This document shows, piece after piece, positions 1 to 10,096 of a stretch of 49,715 bases of DNA. The position numbers and the translations under genes are program-made. How positions within the stretch are numbered: position 1 is the first letter of the stretch; each line of letters opens with the position of its first letter. Source of the DNA: Chrysochromulina tobinii (taxonomy: Eukaryota); NCBI GenBank assembly GCA_001275005.1, contig JWZX01003341.1:1-49715 (forward strand). Reading direction: 5' to 3'. The notes beneath the pieces were generated by a model, which saw only the letters and a list, made by a program, of their open reading frames with translations, searched no databases and was not told the origin of the DNA.

Positions 1-177
1 ACAGCATCATCCTAAGTCTCTTCTAGCCTTCCCTGGCGCCCTGGGGCGCCTGCGGCGCCGTTTTCTTTTTTTTCTTTTCCGCCCCACACTACGGAAAAAA
101 AGCCGAGATAGCGCAAATGTGCCGTGCGCCAGAGCCTACGGGCTAACGGGCATGCCATCGTGCGTGGCATCGACCAG

Positions 178-3100
178 TCATCGCTTCTTGGACCTCTTGT
201 TGGAGAGGCAGTTGGCGCAGTCTCCCTCGTCCATACTATCTCCTTCCAGCTTGCGGCCCTTACGAGCCGTCGCTGCAGAAGCCGCCGGCTCCAGCTGCGC
301 GTCGGTCCGTGGTGGGCAGCGTGCCGCTTTGGTGGCCGTCCAGACGGTGAAGCGGCCGTCATCGTACGCCGCGCGCGCGCCGCACAGTCGGCCAGCTTGG
401 CGAGCGAGCAAGCGGCCTACCGGCACGTACGTCTGTGCGACCAGCCAGAGGGCACCGCCGTGCTGAAGACGCTTGGCGGCGCCCGCGATGAGGGTCCGAA
501 GGACCCGAAAGTCAGTCTGGAGGCCCAGGTGAACGGGCGGGTTGGAGACGATGAGGTCGAAGCGAGTACCACGTGGCAGGCCGTCCCACCCATCGCCTAG
601 GTACACGCGCGCGCCGCCGCCCACGTTGCCCCTTGCCGCGCGAACAGCGAGCGCGTCGGCGTCTAGGAGGTGTAGCCGGAGTGTCGGCTCTGCTGCCAAG
701 AGGGCGGCGGCAATCACCCCACTTCCCGCGCAAAAGTCGAGCACCTTTGCGCGCGTCGGCGGCGGCGGCATCGCGGAGAGCAAGGCGCTCGTCATCACAT
801 CAACCAGACCAGAGGCGAACAGCCCCGGGAGCGTGAGCCACCGAACAGGGGCGGACCGAACAGGGGCGGAGGCAGGGGCGGACCGAACAGGGGCGGACCG
901 AACAGGGGCGGAGGCAGGGGCGGAGGAGCCTTCGGTGGCAGGGGCGACGGCGCTCGCGGTCGTCGGTTGCCCCACAATTGGCAACATGATCATGCAATGC
1001 TCATCAAAGTCCGCAATCCCGACCCGCTCTGCGATACACGCTGAGCGGCGCGCGCACAGCACCGCCGCCGCGCCTCCCAGCGGCTGCGCTGCGCCTACCG
1101 ATTCAAACAGCCGAGGTGGCAAGCATGCATGCGTCGAATGAATCCCCTCATCGCGGCATCCGAGAATGATCAACAGTCCGCCGGTGCAGAGGACGGACGC
1201 GGCAGCATGCGTGGCGTGATCGAGTGCAGAGCGGGAAGGAGGGAGACGCAGCACGACCGCCGCATAGCCCCTCGCCGCCGCGGCTGCTGCCACCACCGCC
1301 GCCGTCGCCGTCGAGGGTGGCGATGCACCATGGTCGCCCCTGCCCCTCTGCCCGTCCCTCGAAGCCCACGGGGCATGTGGCCAGGGCGCGGCCGGCGGGC
1401 ACTCCTGAGGCAGGCGTGCATCAGCAAAGCGATGATAATGGGCCACCAGAAGGCCCGCGGCTCGTAAGGCAGCGCTCAGCCGACGGTTGACCGAGCCAGC
1501 ACTCCCCGCGTTCATGAGCAGCACTGGTGAGCCAACGGCCACAGAGGCCCAAGGGGCGGGCGAAGCGCTCAGAGCGGCGCGTGCGGCGAGGACATCGAGG
1601 GCTTTCCTCTCCTTCTTGACGATGGCGAGTGCGCTCGTGGCAGCGCTCGACAGGCGCGCCACGAGCGCATCGGCTGCCTCGCCCAGAGAGACAGCCCCAG
1701 ATGGCTCGCTGCCGCCAGGCATGGGCATGCCGCCACCACTGCCCCGACTTTCGAGGCGAACCCGCGTCGTATCGGGCAGTCCCCGCGTCCCGTCCCGCGT
1801 CGTATCGGGCAGTCCCCGCGCCCCGTCCGCGGCGAGCACGCGCATTCCGAACTCGATGGTCGCCACCTCCTGCCAGCCTAGGTGGGAGGGCGGCAGCCGG
1901 CTTGCGTGCTCCCACAATGCGCCCACCACACGCTCCCATGGCGATCCGAGCATGGAGTTTGGCGCCCTAGCCAAGAATGAAGACGAAGCAGACCCATCAG
2001 TGCCGCCGCCGCCGCTGGTGCCAGAGCCGAGGCAATGACTCAGCTCACTGCCGCCCGCCGCGCCTGCATAGAAGCCCGAGCCAAGATGCATACGGCCGAC
2101 GGCCCAGACCACGTCCGCCACGTCGGCGGGCCCAAGTGCCGACACGGCGCCCGGTCGCTCGAGCAAAGGGAGCACACACGCGGGAGGCGCGGCCAGACGC
2201 GCACAAGCAGTGCAGACGTTGGCGAGACCTTGGGGGGTTAGGGCGCCTGCCTGAGCTGCCGCCTGCCGCAATAGCGCGTGCACGAGCGAGGCGGGGGGCG
2301 CGGGCTCGAGGCGCGAGAAGGCGTACAAGCAGTTCGCGATGCCCTGCGCACTGAGCCCTTGAAGCAAGGCGCAGCCGCCGCCCTCGCCGTCGCCGCCCTC
2401 GCCGCCGCCGCCCTCGCCGCCGCCGCCCTCGCCGCCGCCGCCCTCGCCGCCGCCGCCCTCGCCGCCCTTGCCGCCCTTGCCACCCTTGCCGCCCTTGCCG
2501 CCGGCAGCAGCACCCGCGAGGGCTTCCGTATTCGCAAGCGCGCCGTGCAGCGCGCTCACCAGACGCCCGAGCTCCGCAGCAGGATACAGCTGCAGCTTGG
2601 TCGCTGCCCACGCCGTCGTTGAGAGCTCGAGTGGCTTGAAGCGGTTCAGGAGTTGATGCAGGTGCTCATCGAGAGCGAGGACAAGGGAGCTCTCAACGGG
2701 TGTGCCCAGCTTGGCGAGCGCCCACAGACCATTCGCCACATCCTGCGGCGCGCAGCTCCGCGCCGTGATGAGCATCGCCAGCCTCCGCTGAAGACGGCGA
2801 AGCGTCTCGGGCGGTGGTGGCGGCGGCGGCGGTGGCGGCGCGGAACCAGAGACGAGGCCGAGCGCGTGCATTACACCCACCACCGCCTGTGCGTCGAGCG
2901 GCTCGCCGCCGCTGCTAGCTGCAGTGGACGGTCCTGCCGATGCATTGCCTTCCGAACCACAGCAGTCTGCGAGTGCCGTCAGAGCATTGGTGATGGCGAC
3001 TCGAGTGGCTGGCACTGCCGCGCTGTAGGGCCACAGCTTGCCGAGCGCCCACGCAGCCTTGCTGACCGCGCGCCCGTCGAGGCGGCGACAAATGCCATTC

Positions 3101-3318
3101 GCATGGAGCTGGGCGACGAGCCGGGCGATGCGCTCGTCCTCGCTCTGTGGCGCAGGCGGCGTGCCGAGCCTCGCGAGGACGTTGAGGGCGTGGGAGGCGA
3201 TGTTTGCCCGCCGCAGCGGCGTTTCCGTGTCTCGTGGTGTCGCGGCGTCGAGCAATGCCGCGGGAGATGTCGCCGCCGAGCAAAGCTTGAAGGCGTCCGG
3301 GCCTCGGATTGCGGACAT
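178..3318 (-). CDS. OPR/RAP-like helical-repeat protein fused to RsmC-like (MTS family) RNA guanine-N2 methyltransferase
   Basis: Single open frame with first ATG at 3318. The N-half has about 8 degenerate repeats (APQDVANGLWALAKLG, KPLELSTTAWAATKL, SAQGIANCLYAFSRL, TPQGLANVCTACARL, GPADVADVVWAVGRM). The C-half has an RsmC N-domain-like segment (VVLRLPPSRSAL...LIILGCRDEGIHS), TLPGLFASGLVDVMT, SAM motif I VLDFCAGSGVIA and motif IV FDLIVSNPPVH. Confidence 0.8.
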   Translation of the reverse strand: MSAIRGPDAFKLCSAATSPAALLDAATPRDTETPLRRANIASHALNVLARLGTPPAPQSEDERIARLVAQLHANGICRRLDGRAVSKAAWALGKLWPYSAAVPATRVAITNALTALADCCGSEGNASAGPSTAASSGGEPLDAQAVVGVMHALGLVSGSAPPPPPPPPPPETLRRLQRRLAMLITARSCAPQDVANGLWALAKLGTPVESSLVLALDEHLHQLLNRFKPLELSTTAWAATKLQLYPAAELGRLVSALHGALANTEALAGAAAGGKGGKGGKGGKGGEGGGGEGGGGEGGGGEGGGGEGGDGEGGGCALLQGLSAQGIANCLYAFSRLEPAPPASLVHALLRQAAAQAGALTPQGLANVCTACARLAAPPACVLPLLERPGAVSALGPADVADVVWAVGRMHLGSGFYAGAAGGSELSHCLGSGTSGGGGTDGSASSSFLARAPNSMLGSPWERVVGALWEHASRLPPSHLGWQEVATIEFGMRVLAADGARGLPDTTRDGTRGLPDTTRVRLESRGSGGGMPMPGGSEPSGAVSLGEAADALVARLSSAATSALAIVKKERKALDVLAARAALSASPAPWASVAVGSPVLLMNAGSAGSVNRRLSAALRAAGLLVAHYHRFADARLPQECPPAAPWPHAPWASRDGQRGRGDHGASPPSTATAAVVAAAAAARGYAAVVLRLPPSRSALDHATHAAASVLCTGGLLIILGCRDEGIHSTHACLPPRLFESVGAAQPLGGAAAVLCARRSACIAERVGIADFDEHCMIMLPIVGQPTTASAVAPATEGSSAPASAPVRSAPVRSAPASAPVRSAPVRWLTLPGLFASGLVDVMTSALLSAMPPPPTRAKVLDFCAGSGVIAAALLAAEPTLRLHLLDADALAVRAARGNVGGGARVYLGDGWDGLPRGTRFDLIVSNPPVHLGLQTDFRVLRTLIAGAAKRLQHGGALWLVAQTYVPVGRLLARQAGRLCGARAAYDDGRFTVWTATKAARCPPRTDAQLEPAASAATARKGRKLEGDSMDEGDCANCLSNKRSKKR
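841..926. repeat. Coding tandem repeat of 15/12-bp units (ccgaacaggggcgga / ggcaggggcgga), encoding SAPVR/SAPA
   Basis: Directly visible in the sequence; lies in the linker between the two RsmC-like domains. Confidence 0.9.
2373..2503. repeat. Coding microsatellite (gccgccgccgccctc)n then (gccgccctt)n, encoding GGGGE/GGK repeats
   Basis: Directly visible tandem repeat. Confidence 0.9.
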
Positions 3319-3867
3319 GGTGCAGTATACCGGTAACACACCTAAAACTGGATGTGAACGACGTGGTTGTGGAATTCACGGTAAAAAGACACCGGCTCGG
3401 GGGGAGCCGGGACCAGCTCGTAGGCGTTCAGCAGAGGTGAGAAAACGGCGTTGTGCTTCTTTCTTTAGATTGACGCAACGACATGCAGACGACACGAGGA
3501 CCCGTCGACCCGACACCATTTCCTTGTACACCATCAACCAGCCCGTTCAACCCACACGGCCAGAAAACCAGCACCGGCAAACTAATACCTTGCTAATACC
3601 CACATAGAGCCCGAGTACCCGAATACGTGTGTGCACGGTACGAACCGCAGGCCTATCCATACTCAGCTCCCTGTGCCGCGCTTAGCCCTTCGAACGGTTA
3701 GCCCTTCAAACGGCCAGCCCTTCGGTTCTTGGTCGAAGCTTGCGACAAAAATGCATCACCAACCAACGGCACGCGTAACTCCAACGGTGCCGCCCATGCT
3801 CTTTTTGCCCGTCGTTGTTTTCCCAGGCGAGATCCCCAACTCCGGAGGCGATGTGCCGTCATCCCTG

Positions 3868-6800
3868 TCACCCAACGTGCGCTGGAGCGCCAGGGCCGCT
3901 TCGAGTGTGGTCTTCGCGCGGTAGGCCAACAAAGCAGACGAGCGCGTCTTCAATCTTGAACGACCGCGCCGAGGACGGCGTCCGCCCCGAGGACGGCGTC
4001 CGCGTCGGCGAGGTCCGCATCGATGAGGTCCGCGACCGCGTCGGTGACTTGTTCGTCGTCGGTGACGTGCTCTCGATGTAATTCGGATCATGCGTGGCGC
4101 GCCACAGCCTCCGATATGCCTCGTCAAAGCGGCTCGCCTTCGCGCTGGCCTCGCTCGAGAGCTCACGCGCGTTGCTAAGCGCACCCCGGAGAAAGGAAGC
4201 CTCTGCCTCCGCCGCGAGTCTCTTACGCCTCTCATCATCCCCGCGCGCGTTTGCCTCGTGCGCCGCCGCTTGCGCCTTGTCCAGCGCATGCGCCGCTTCA
4301 TCGGCTCTTGCCTCGAGCTCGGAGACGACGCGCGCGAGGACGAGTTCGGCCTCTTCGGCTTGTGCCTTGAGCTCGAGGACGAGCAGACGGCCTTCTGCCT
4401 CGCTCTCGGCGAGACGAGCCTCGAGCTGCTCCGCGCCTGAGACGGCGTTTCGCCTCTCCCGCCCGAGCTCGACCGTTGCGAGCATGCGCGCGCGCCGGTG
4501 CGCCACCCGCCCCCACTGCAACAGCGCACATCGCAGCAACTGCTGCAGCAGCGCACCATGTGTCGTCGCATGCGCCGCAGACAGCGCCGCCGCCTTCAAC
4601 CGCTCCGATTGCACGCCACGCCGCCAAGAATGCGCCCAGCTTCCAAATGCGGAGCGCTGGGCTTCGGTGCGGCACAGCCGGGTACTCATCGCCACCAGAA
4701 AGCGCGAGGCACGCCGGGCAGCGCGGAGCGCCCGGCTGTGAGCGGCCCAGACGACGATGGCCCGCCGTGGGGGATTAATAAGCGCCCAGCGTGTGCCGAT
4801 CGCTGCAGTCACTTGACTGCGTGACCGTGAAGGTGTCTCACCTACCTCGCACAGCAGCGAGCGGCTCCCGAGGCGCGCCGTGAGGAGCATCTCGAGCTGC
4901 TGCAGCGACGCGTTCTGTACCTCGTCGGCGAGCTCGAAGGCGGCTCGGGACTCCGTGGACATTCCCTCCCACGTGATCCACGCACGGCGCATCCCAAAAT
5001 GGCACAGGGGGATGCCTAACGTGAGGAGCTTTTGAAACCTTTGGTGCTCTGTGGACTCTCCCTCCCACGTGCTCCACGCGCGGCGGAGCCCTGAGTGGCG
5101 CAGGGCAGTGCCAAACGCGCGGAGCCTGGCGCGTTCGCGCGCGACGCCGAGCCAGGTCGTGAGTGCCTTGCGCGCGCCCGCGTGGCGTAGCGCAAAGAGC
5201 GCCTCGCGCAGCCGTGCCAGATGGAACGCCCTCTCGTGAGCCATCTCGATCCACGAGTTGAACACGAGCCTCGCGCCGCGCATCCGCAAGGAGCGGGCCA
5301 CCATGCGCATCTGCGTGAGCGCGGTCCGTCCGTGCTCACGCTGCTCTGCCCAGCTGGCGAAAGCTTTGCGTGTGCTGCCGTGACGGAACGCCGTGACCGC
5401 TTTCTTGAAGAGGAGATGCGTCTTCCGAGAGCGTGCGGCAAGCGTCCACGTGCTGAATGCGAGCCGCTTGCCACGGTGCACCATGGCGCTGAGCGTTGAG
5501 CGCAAGAAGCGAAGCGACGCGACCACCTCTTGCCACTGCAGCCACGCCGCTTGCCGTTTGCCGAGTGCCCATTCGCGGATGGTCTCGTGGACTCGTTGGT
5601 TGAGCTGATTCACCTCCCCCTTGGCGGACGCCAGCTCCGCCCAAGCATTCATCGCGCGCCGCCGGCCGGCGTTTCGTAGCGAGGCCACCGTCCTCCGCAG
5701 CAGCTCCAGCCGCCTCTCCCTTAGCTCCATCACTTCACGCCACGTGCTCCACGCGCGGCGACGCCCCGAGTGGCGCACGGCTTTGCCAAACGCGCGCAGC
5801 TTGGCCATGGCGCGAGCTTGCAGCACCCACGTGATGAGCGCCTTGCGCCCGCTCTTTTGCCGAAAGCTCAGCAGCGCCAGCTGAAGGCAATCGAGCTGAT
5901 GCATGCACTGCAAACACGTGCGGCGCCACTTCCCCCATGCCGCGCGCAGCTGCAGGCTCACCCGCACACGTAAGTGCGCCTTGAGGCGGCGGTCGGCATC
6001 GCTCACAGCAGGGCCAGCACGCGCCGTCCAGGTATTCAGAGCGGCACGCTGCAGACGATGCGTCGACCATTGGACGGCAGACTCCATCACCCGACGATCG
6101 TGCAGCAGACTCAGCCAGCTTTTCCACGCCTTGCGCACCACGTCACCACGGAATGCCGACGCAGCAGAGAGCAGCGCCCGCTGCGAACGCTGGCGAGCCT
6201 CCAGCATGGCTTGCACGGTGCCGATCCAGCGCGTAAATGCCGCATGTTGCCTCGGCATCACCCACTGAGCCAACAGGCCTCGAAGACGATCTGAGGCCTG
6301 TTTGAGCATTTTGAGAGCCTCGGCCCAAATATTCAAGGCACGTCGCAGACCGCTGTGAAGTAGCGAGACCAGCGCTCCTCGGAGTAGACGCTCCTGCCGT
6401 CGCCACTCTGTGGACACTCCCTCCCACGTGCTCCACGCGCGGCGGAGCCCCGAGTGGCGCAGGGCGGTGCCAAACGCGCGGAGCCTGGCGCGTTCGCGCG
6501 CGACGCCGAGCCAGGTCGTGAGTGCCTTGCGCGCGCCCGCGTGGCGTAGCGCAAAGAGCGCCTCGCGCAGCCGTGCCAGATGGAACGCCCTCTCGTGGGC
6601 CATCTCGATCCACGAGTTGAACACGAGCCTTGCGCCGCGCATCCGCAAGGCACTCACCGCCCTCGTGCGCAGCGCCTTCTCGTGCCGCCGGCGCGCGGCG
6701 TAAAGACGAAAATCGTCGATACCGAGGGTCATCATCTGCCGGAGCTCTCTGAAGCGCAGTGCGAAGGCGTACTGGTTGCAAAGATCATGTTTGACGCCTT

Positions 6801-7182
6801 CGATGTGCCTTCTCATCCATCGAGCAAAGCACCTCTTCTTCATCTTTCTGAGGCTGGACTCGATCTCCATCTTCTCCTGCGTGTCCCATAGCCGCTGCGC
6901 CTCCTCCCTGATGCGCACGCGCTCCCGCGCAATATCCTCGATATCTCGCAGCGTGTCAGCCGAAGTTGGTGCTTGGCGTGCGATCCGATCTGAGCGGCTG
7001 AGAGCAAGCTCGATCTTCTTCTTTATGGGATCGTCCGCGTCCAAGTTCAGCACGGGCGAGCGGGGCGACGTGGCGGGGGGGCTGCTGCCGATGGAAGGCA
7101 ACCGAAACTCGAAAGACTGGGGCGAATCCTGTCTCGATAAGCTGGGGCGTTTCTCCGAGGGGCTCAAGGAGGTGCGCCTCAT
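3868..7182 (-). CDS. Sfi1-like repeat protein (putative centrin-binding centrosome/basal-body protein) with C-terminal coiled coil
   Basis: The 1104-aa ORF has many ~27-aa Arg-rich repeats with a conserved Trp (LRRAWSTW, RKALTTW, RLVFNSW, RRAMNAW, RLAFSTW), typical of Sfi1-type repeats, followed by an E/A/R-rich heptad region. Confidence 0.65.
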   Translation of the reverse strand: MRRTSLSPSEKRPSLSRQDSPQSFEFRLPSIGSSPPATSPRSPVLNLDADDPIKKKIELALSRSDRIARQAPTSADTLRDIEDIARERVRIREEAQRLWDTQEKMEIESSLRKMKKRCFARWMRRHIEGVKHDLCNQYAFALRFRELRQMMTLGIDDFRLYAARRRHEKALRTRAVSALRMRGARLVFNSWIEMAHERAFHLARLREALFALRHAGARKALTTWLGVARERARLRAFGTALRHSGLRRAWSTWEGVSTEWRRQERLLRGALVSLLHSGLRRALNIWAEALKMLKQASDRLRGLLAQWVMPRQHAAFTRWIGTVQAMLEARQRSQRALLSAASAFRGDVVRKAWKSWLSLLHDRRVMESAVQWSTHRLQRAALNTWTARAGPAVSDADRRLKAHLRVRVSLQLRAAWGKWRRTCLQCMHQLDCLQLALLSFRQKSGRKALITWVLQARAMAKLRAFGKAVRHSGRRRAWSTWREVMELRERRLELLRRTVASLRNAGRRRAMNAWAELASAKGEVNQLNQRVHETIREWALGKRQAAWLQWQEVVASLRFLRSTLSAMVHRGKRLAFSTWTLAARSRKTHLLFKKAVTAFRHGSTRKAFASWAEQREHGRTALTQMRMVARSLRMRGARLVFNSWIEMAHERAFHLARLREALFALRHAGARKALTTWLGVARERARLRAFGTALRHSGLRRAWSTWEGESTEHQRFQKLLTLGIPLCHFGMRRAWITWEGMSTESRAAFELADEVQNASLQQLEMLLTARLGSRSLLCEVGETPSRSRSQVTAAIGTRWALINPPRRAIVVWAAHSRALRAARRASRFLVAMSTRLCRTEAQRSAFGSWAHSWRRGVQSERLKAAALSAAHATTHGALLQQLLRCALLQWGRVAHRRARMLATVELGRERRNAVSGAEQLEARLAESEAEGRLLVLELKAQAEEAELVLARVVSELEARADEAAHALDKAQAAAHEANARGDDERRKRLAAEAEASFLRGALSNARELSSEASAKASRFDEAYRRLWRATHDPNYIESTSPTTNKSPTRSRTSSMRTSPTRTPSSGRTPSSARSFKIEDALVCFVGLPREDHTRSGPGAPAHVG
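5047..6650. repeat. Near-identical 245-bp intragenic direct duplication (5047-5291 and 6406-6650)
   Basis: Both copies align over their full length with about five substitutions by eye; the 1359-bp offset preserves frame. Confidence 0.9.
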
Positions 7183-7350
7183 TGATCAAACCAAAAAAGA
7201 AATCGTTTTTTGCGCATGCAAAACATGCGAAACGCGAATTCTGGAGCTCCTTTGGCCTCTGGAGCCCCCTTGCCTGTTCACAGTTCTTCCTGCACTGTTC
7301 ACAGTCGCGCCTGGAGAAACCTTGTTGTGTCTGAGCAAAGCAAGGCCAGG

Positions 7351-7935
7351 ATGGGGCTCATTGCGGGCCTCACGGGCGCGAGCCTGGGCACGATGATCGT
7401 GATCTACACGCGGGCCTTGCGGAAGGTGGCGCTCTTCTCGAGTGAGTGCTCCTCGCGCGCGCGCGCAGATGCTGCAGCTCTATCGCACACGAAATCCACA
7501 GCGGCTCACTCTCCTCTCACTATCGCCTCTGTCAATCGCCTGCTGTGTGCGCACACATGCCTGGCCTCTGAGCGCGTGCATGCGCCGTCGTCCTGCTGCG
7601 CAGAGCCGTGGGAGCACGTCTTCTTTGGCGTCATCGGCGGCTGGTGGGGTGTGCACAAGCTGCTGCAGGCGGAGAGCTATTGCGAGGCAAAATCCAAAGA
7701 GCTGCTCTTGGCAAAAATGGAGCGGAACAAGGTGCGCGGGGCCAACCGCCACGTCGCCCGTGCGCCTTTGCGGAGCAGCCCGCGATGTCGCTCGTGTGCC
7801 TTTGCGGAGCAGCCTACACTTATCGCTGCCGATCTCACCCTGCCGCTCCGCGCGCGTCGTGTGCAGGGCACCCTCGATGAGAAGTACCGCGCCATGCTTG
7901 GCAGCAGCTACGCAAAAATCTTCCCCGAGAGCTGA
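7351..7935 (+). CDS. Mitochondrial complex I accessory subunit B14.5b/NDUFC2-like; exons 7351-7441, 7604-7731, 7867-7935
   Basis: Two GT-AG introns splice in frame to give MGLIAGLTGASLGTMIVIYTRALRKVALFSKPWEHVFFGVIGGWW...; this resembles the plant B14.5b motif YSNALRKLP..HPWEHV. Confidence 0.65.
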   Translation: MGLIAGLTGASLGTMIVIYTRALRKVALFSSECSSRARADAAALSHTKSTAAHSPLTIASVNRLLCAHTCLASERVHAPSSCCAEPWEHVFFGVIGGWWGVHKLLQAESYCEAKSKELLLAKMERNKVRGANRHVARAPLRSSPRCRSCAFAEQPTLIAADLTLPLRARRVQGTLDEKYRAMLGSSYAKIFPES

Positions 7936-8461
7936 GGCGCGGCCGCGCTCCAGCTTCTCGATGTATTGGCCGCGCGAGATGCCGCGCGAGTGGTGCGGGG
8001 CCTGCGTTTTACGTTTCGCAGGTCCGTCGCCGCTTGCACACCTATAGAACTCCTCCTCGATGCGGACGGCCTCGAGGAGCTAAGCGTCTGGATCGACTTT
8101 TCAGAGTCACGGGCACCGTCCACGTTAGTGACAGTGTGTCGTATCGCTGTGGGCGGGAGTTCTTTTGTTTTTCGACCTTGTTTTCTGCTTACACAGCGCC
8201 TGACTCGTCCTCGAAGAGCGGAGCCGCCGGCCGCGCCGTAGCGCATGCCGCATGGCCGTAGCGCCGCCGGGCGAGCGCGGCCGACCGGTGCAACCGCATT
8301 CAGATTCACACAGAGCACACGGCAAGAGGGGGAAGCGGCAGCCCCACTCCCCTGACTATCAGCCTAATCGCCGGCCCCCGCCGCAGAGCGAGTCTGAGAG
8401 AGGTGAGCCGGCCGCGCCTACGGCTACGCGAGACGCGAGAGAGCAAAGTCCGAGACCACGC

Positions 8462-9263
8462 CTAGGCGACGGTGAGGTCATCGGAGAAGTATAGGTGGAT
8501 GGTAGGGATGTGATCGTCTGGATCCATGTTAAGAAGGTCAAACTGCAGGTCCTCATCGGGGATGCCGTTGGCAGCGAGCGTCTTCTTCATGTCGAGGACG
8601 CGTGAGAGAGCGTGGTCGTCGCTGCGCTTCCACACATACGAGCCCGAGTGCTGGTTGTACGGGATGTACCGCTTCTGGATCGCGTCCAGAGTCTCCTCGC
8701 TGCACACCTCGATGACCGACTCCTGCTTGGTTAGCATGTTGAACAAACGGATCTTGCGAGTCTTCGCAGTGAGCAACCCAATCTGCAGCGTCTTGTCCTT
8801 CCACCACGGCTTGCCGATGTCCGACGACCACATCGCCGTCGGCTCCGACGGTGGGCAGTGCAGGAACTCGCCCATCGGGCAGAATGGCACCTCGAGCTCG
8901 GTTTTCGGGTCAATATACGACTTGACCTTCTTCGTGACGGGATCGAACCAGTGCGATATGTCCGTGCCCGCCGCATCGATGATCGGCTGCACGAGGCTGC
9001 CCGGGTTAGCGGCCACGAGCTTCGTCAGGTCGCACACCTTGCCGAACATAGACACCCACAAGTCATCGATGCGGTTGTGCGCCTTGATCTCATCGGGCGT
9101 ATAGTAGCCCTGACCCTCCAACTTCGCACGATCGCTGCGGCCGCGCACGCGTGCCTGGACGACGGTGGCAGATTCGTTCTCGATCCTCACCTTCTTGCGC
9201 ACGTCTTTTCCTTTCTTCGCCGCCGCAATCCGGTCAGCCGCTGGCCTGCTGCTCAGGGTCCAT
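8462..9263 (-). CDS. CYB5D1: Cytochrome b5 domain-containing protein 1 (flagellar) with N-terminal IQ-like motif(s); 5' end has an apparent 1-nt frameshift or an unseen exon
   Basis: YYTPDEIKAHNRIDDLWVSMFGKVCDLT...AGTDISHWFD, PWWKD, EVCSEETL..I..RY..YNQHSGSYVWK and C-terminal PTIHLYFSDDLTVA match the CYB5D1 family. IQ-like ATVVQARVRG is present. The open frame 8462-9202 has no ATG start. Confidence 0.85.
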
Positions 9264-9559
9264 GGCTACCCGCGCGCTCGCGGCTCAGCTACGCGAAAGA
9301 GTCGTGTGCGCGGGCGGAGCCGCTCAGTCGTGCCGAAGCCCGGTCGCAAGGACCAGCAAAAAGCAACCGATCGAGGTGAGTGAGGGTCAAAATGGAAACC
9401 GTTTCGTCACTCGGCATTTTCAGTCGCCTCGACGTTCCCCACCGACAAATCGAACCGACAAAGACTCCTGCGCATTCGCCACTAGTGTGAAACTGACGGG
9501 TATGCTCTCCCCGCGTCTTTTCGTTCGATTGATTCCAATTGCTTCTTTGCCTTCCTTCC

Positions 9560-10096
9560 ATGAAGCGGGAGACGCTCCATCCACAGCGAGGCCGCCCCGG
9601 TCCTGCCCCGTTCGCGTGCTGCTACCTCAACGAGTGTCCGGATTTGCCGCCGCTGCTTCTCGCGCTCGAAAGCGCGCCCGACATTGCTGGGCTGCTCGAC
9701 CTTGCCGCCGGCTCGCTCGTCAATGTAGCCGGCAGGAGCGAAAGCATCGTCCCAAAGGTTGCCTTCAGGCCGGACGGCACGGTGGTTCCCAAGGTGACCA
9801 AGTGCAGCTCGCTCCCGCCAGGCACTGTGCTCGTCTTCGGCTCCGGCGAGCCCTTCAACGCCGCGTCCGTACCAGCACGTGCGAAGAGGCTGAACCTGAC
9901 GCAGCAGCGGAGGCAGCGAGATCTTGGGCCTCTCGTGCGCGCGCCACAGACGCCGAGACAACTGTGTCGTGCAAGTCCGGGCATACATCCAAGGTTGGCC
10001 GAACCGCTCGCGGAGCCAATCCACGACGCGCCGTGGAAATTCTCGCCCTCGGGCCGATGGGAATCGCCCTTGGCACTCCGTCCAGATCGCCTCTGA
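9560..10096 (+). CDS. Hypothetical protein with possible doublecortin (DCX)-like domain
   Basis: ATG at 9560. CCYLNE...LLDLA...AFRPDGTVV...LPPGTVLVFGSGEPF resembles the DCX pattern (Y.NGD ... LL ... LYT.DG..V ... G..YV..G.EPF). Divergent from CYB5D1. Confidence 0.45.
   Translation: MKRETLHPQRGRPGPAPFACCYLNECPDLPPLLLALESAPDIAGLLDLAAGSLVNVAGRSESIVPKVAFRPDGTVVPKVTKCSSLPPGTVLVFGSGEPFNAASVPARAKRLNLTQQRRQRDLGPLVRAPQTPRQLCRASPGIHPRLAEPLAEPIHDAPWKFSPSGRWESPLALRPDRL

Noticed and set aside
3392..3410. Hairpin ccggctc-ggggg-gagccgg as a terminator
   Set aside because: Eukaryotic context, located upstream of a start codon, no U-tract, and short GC hairpins are expected by chance.
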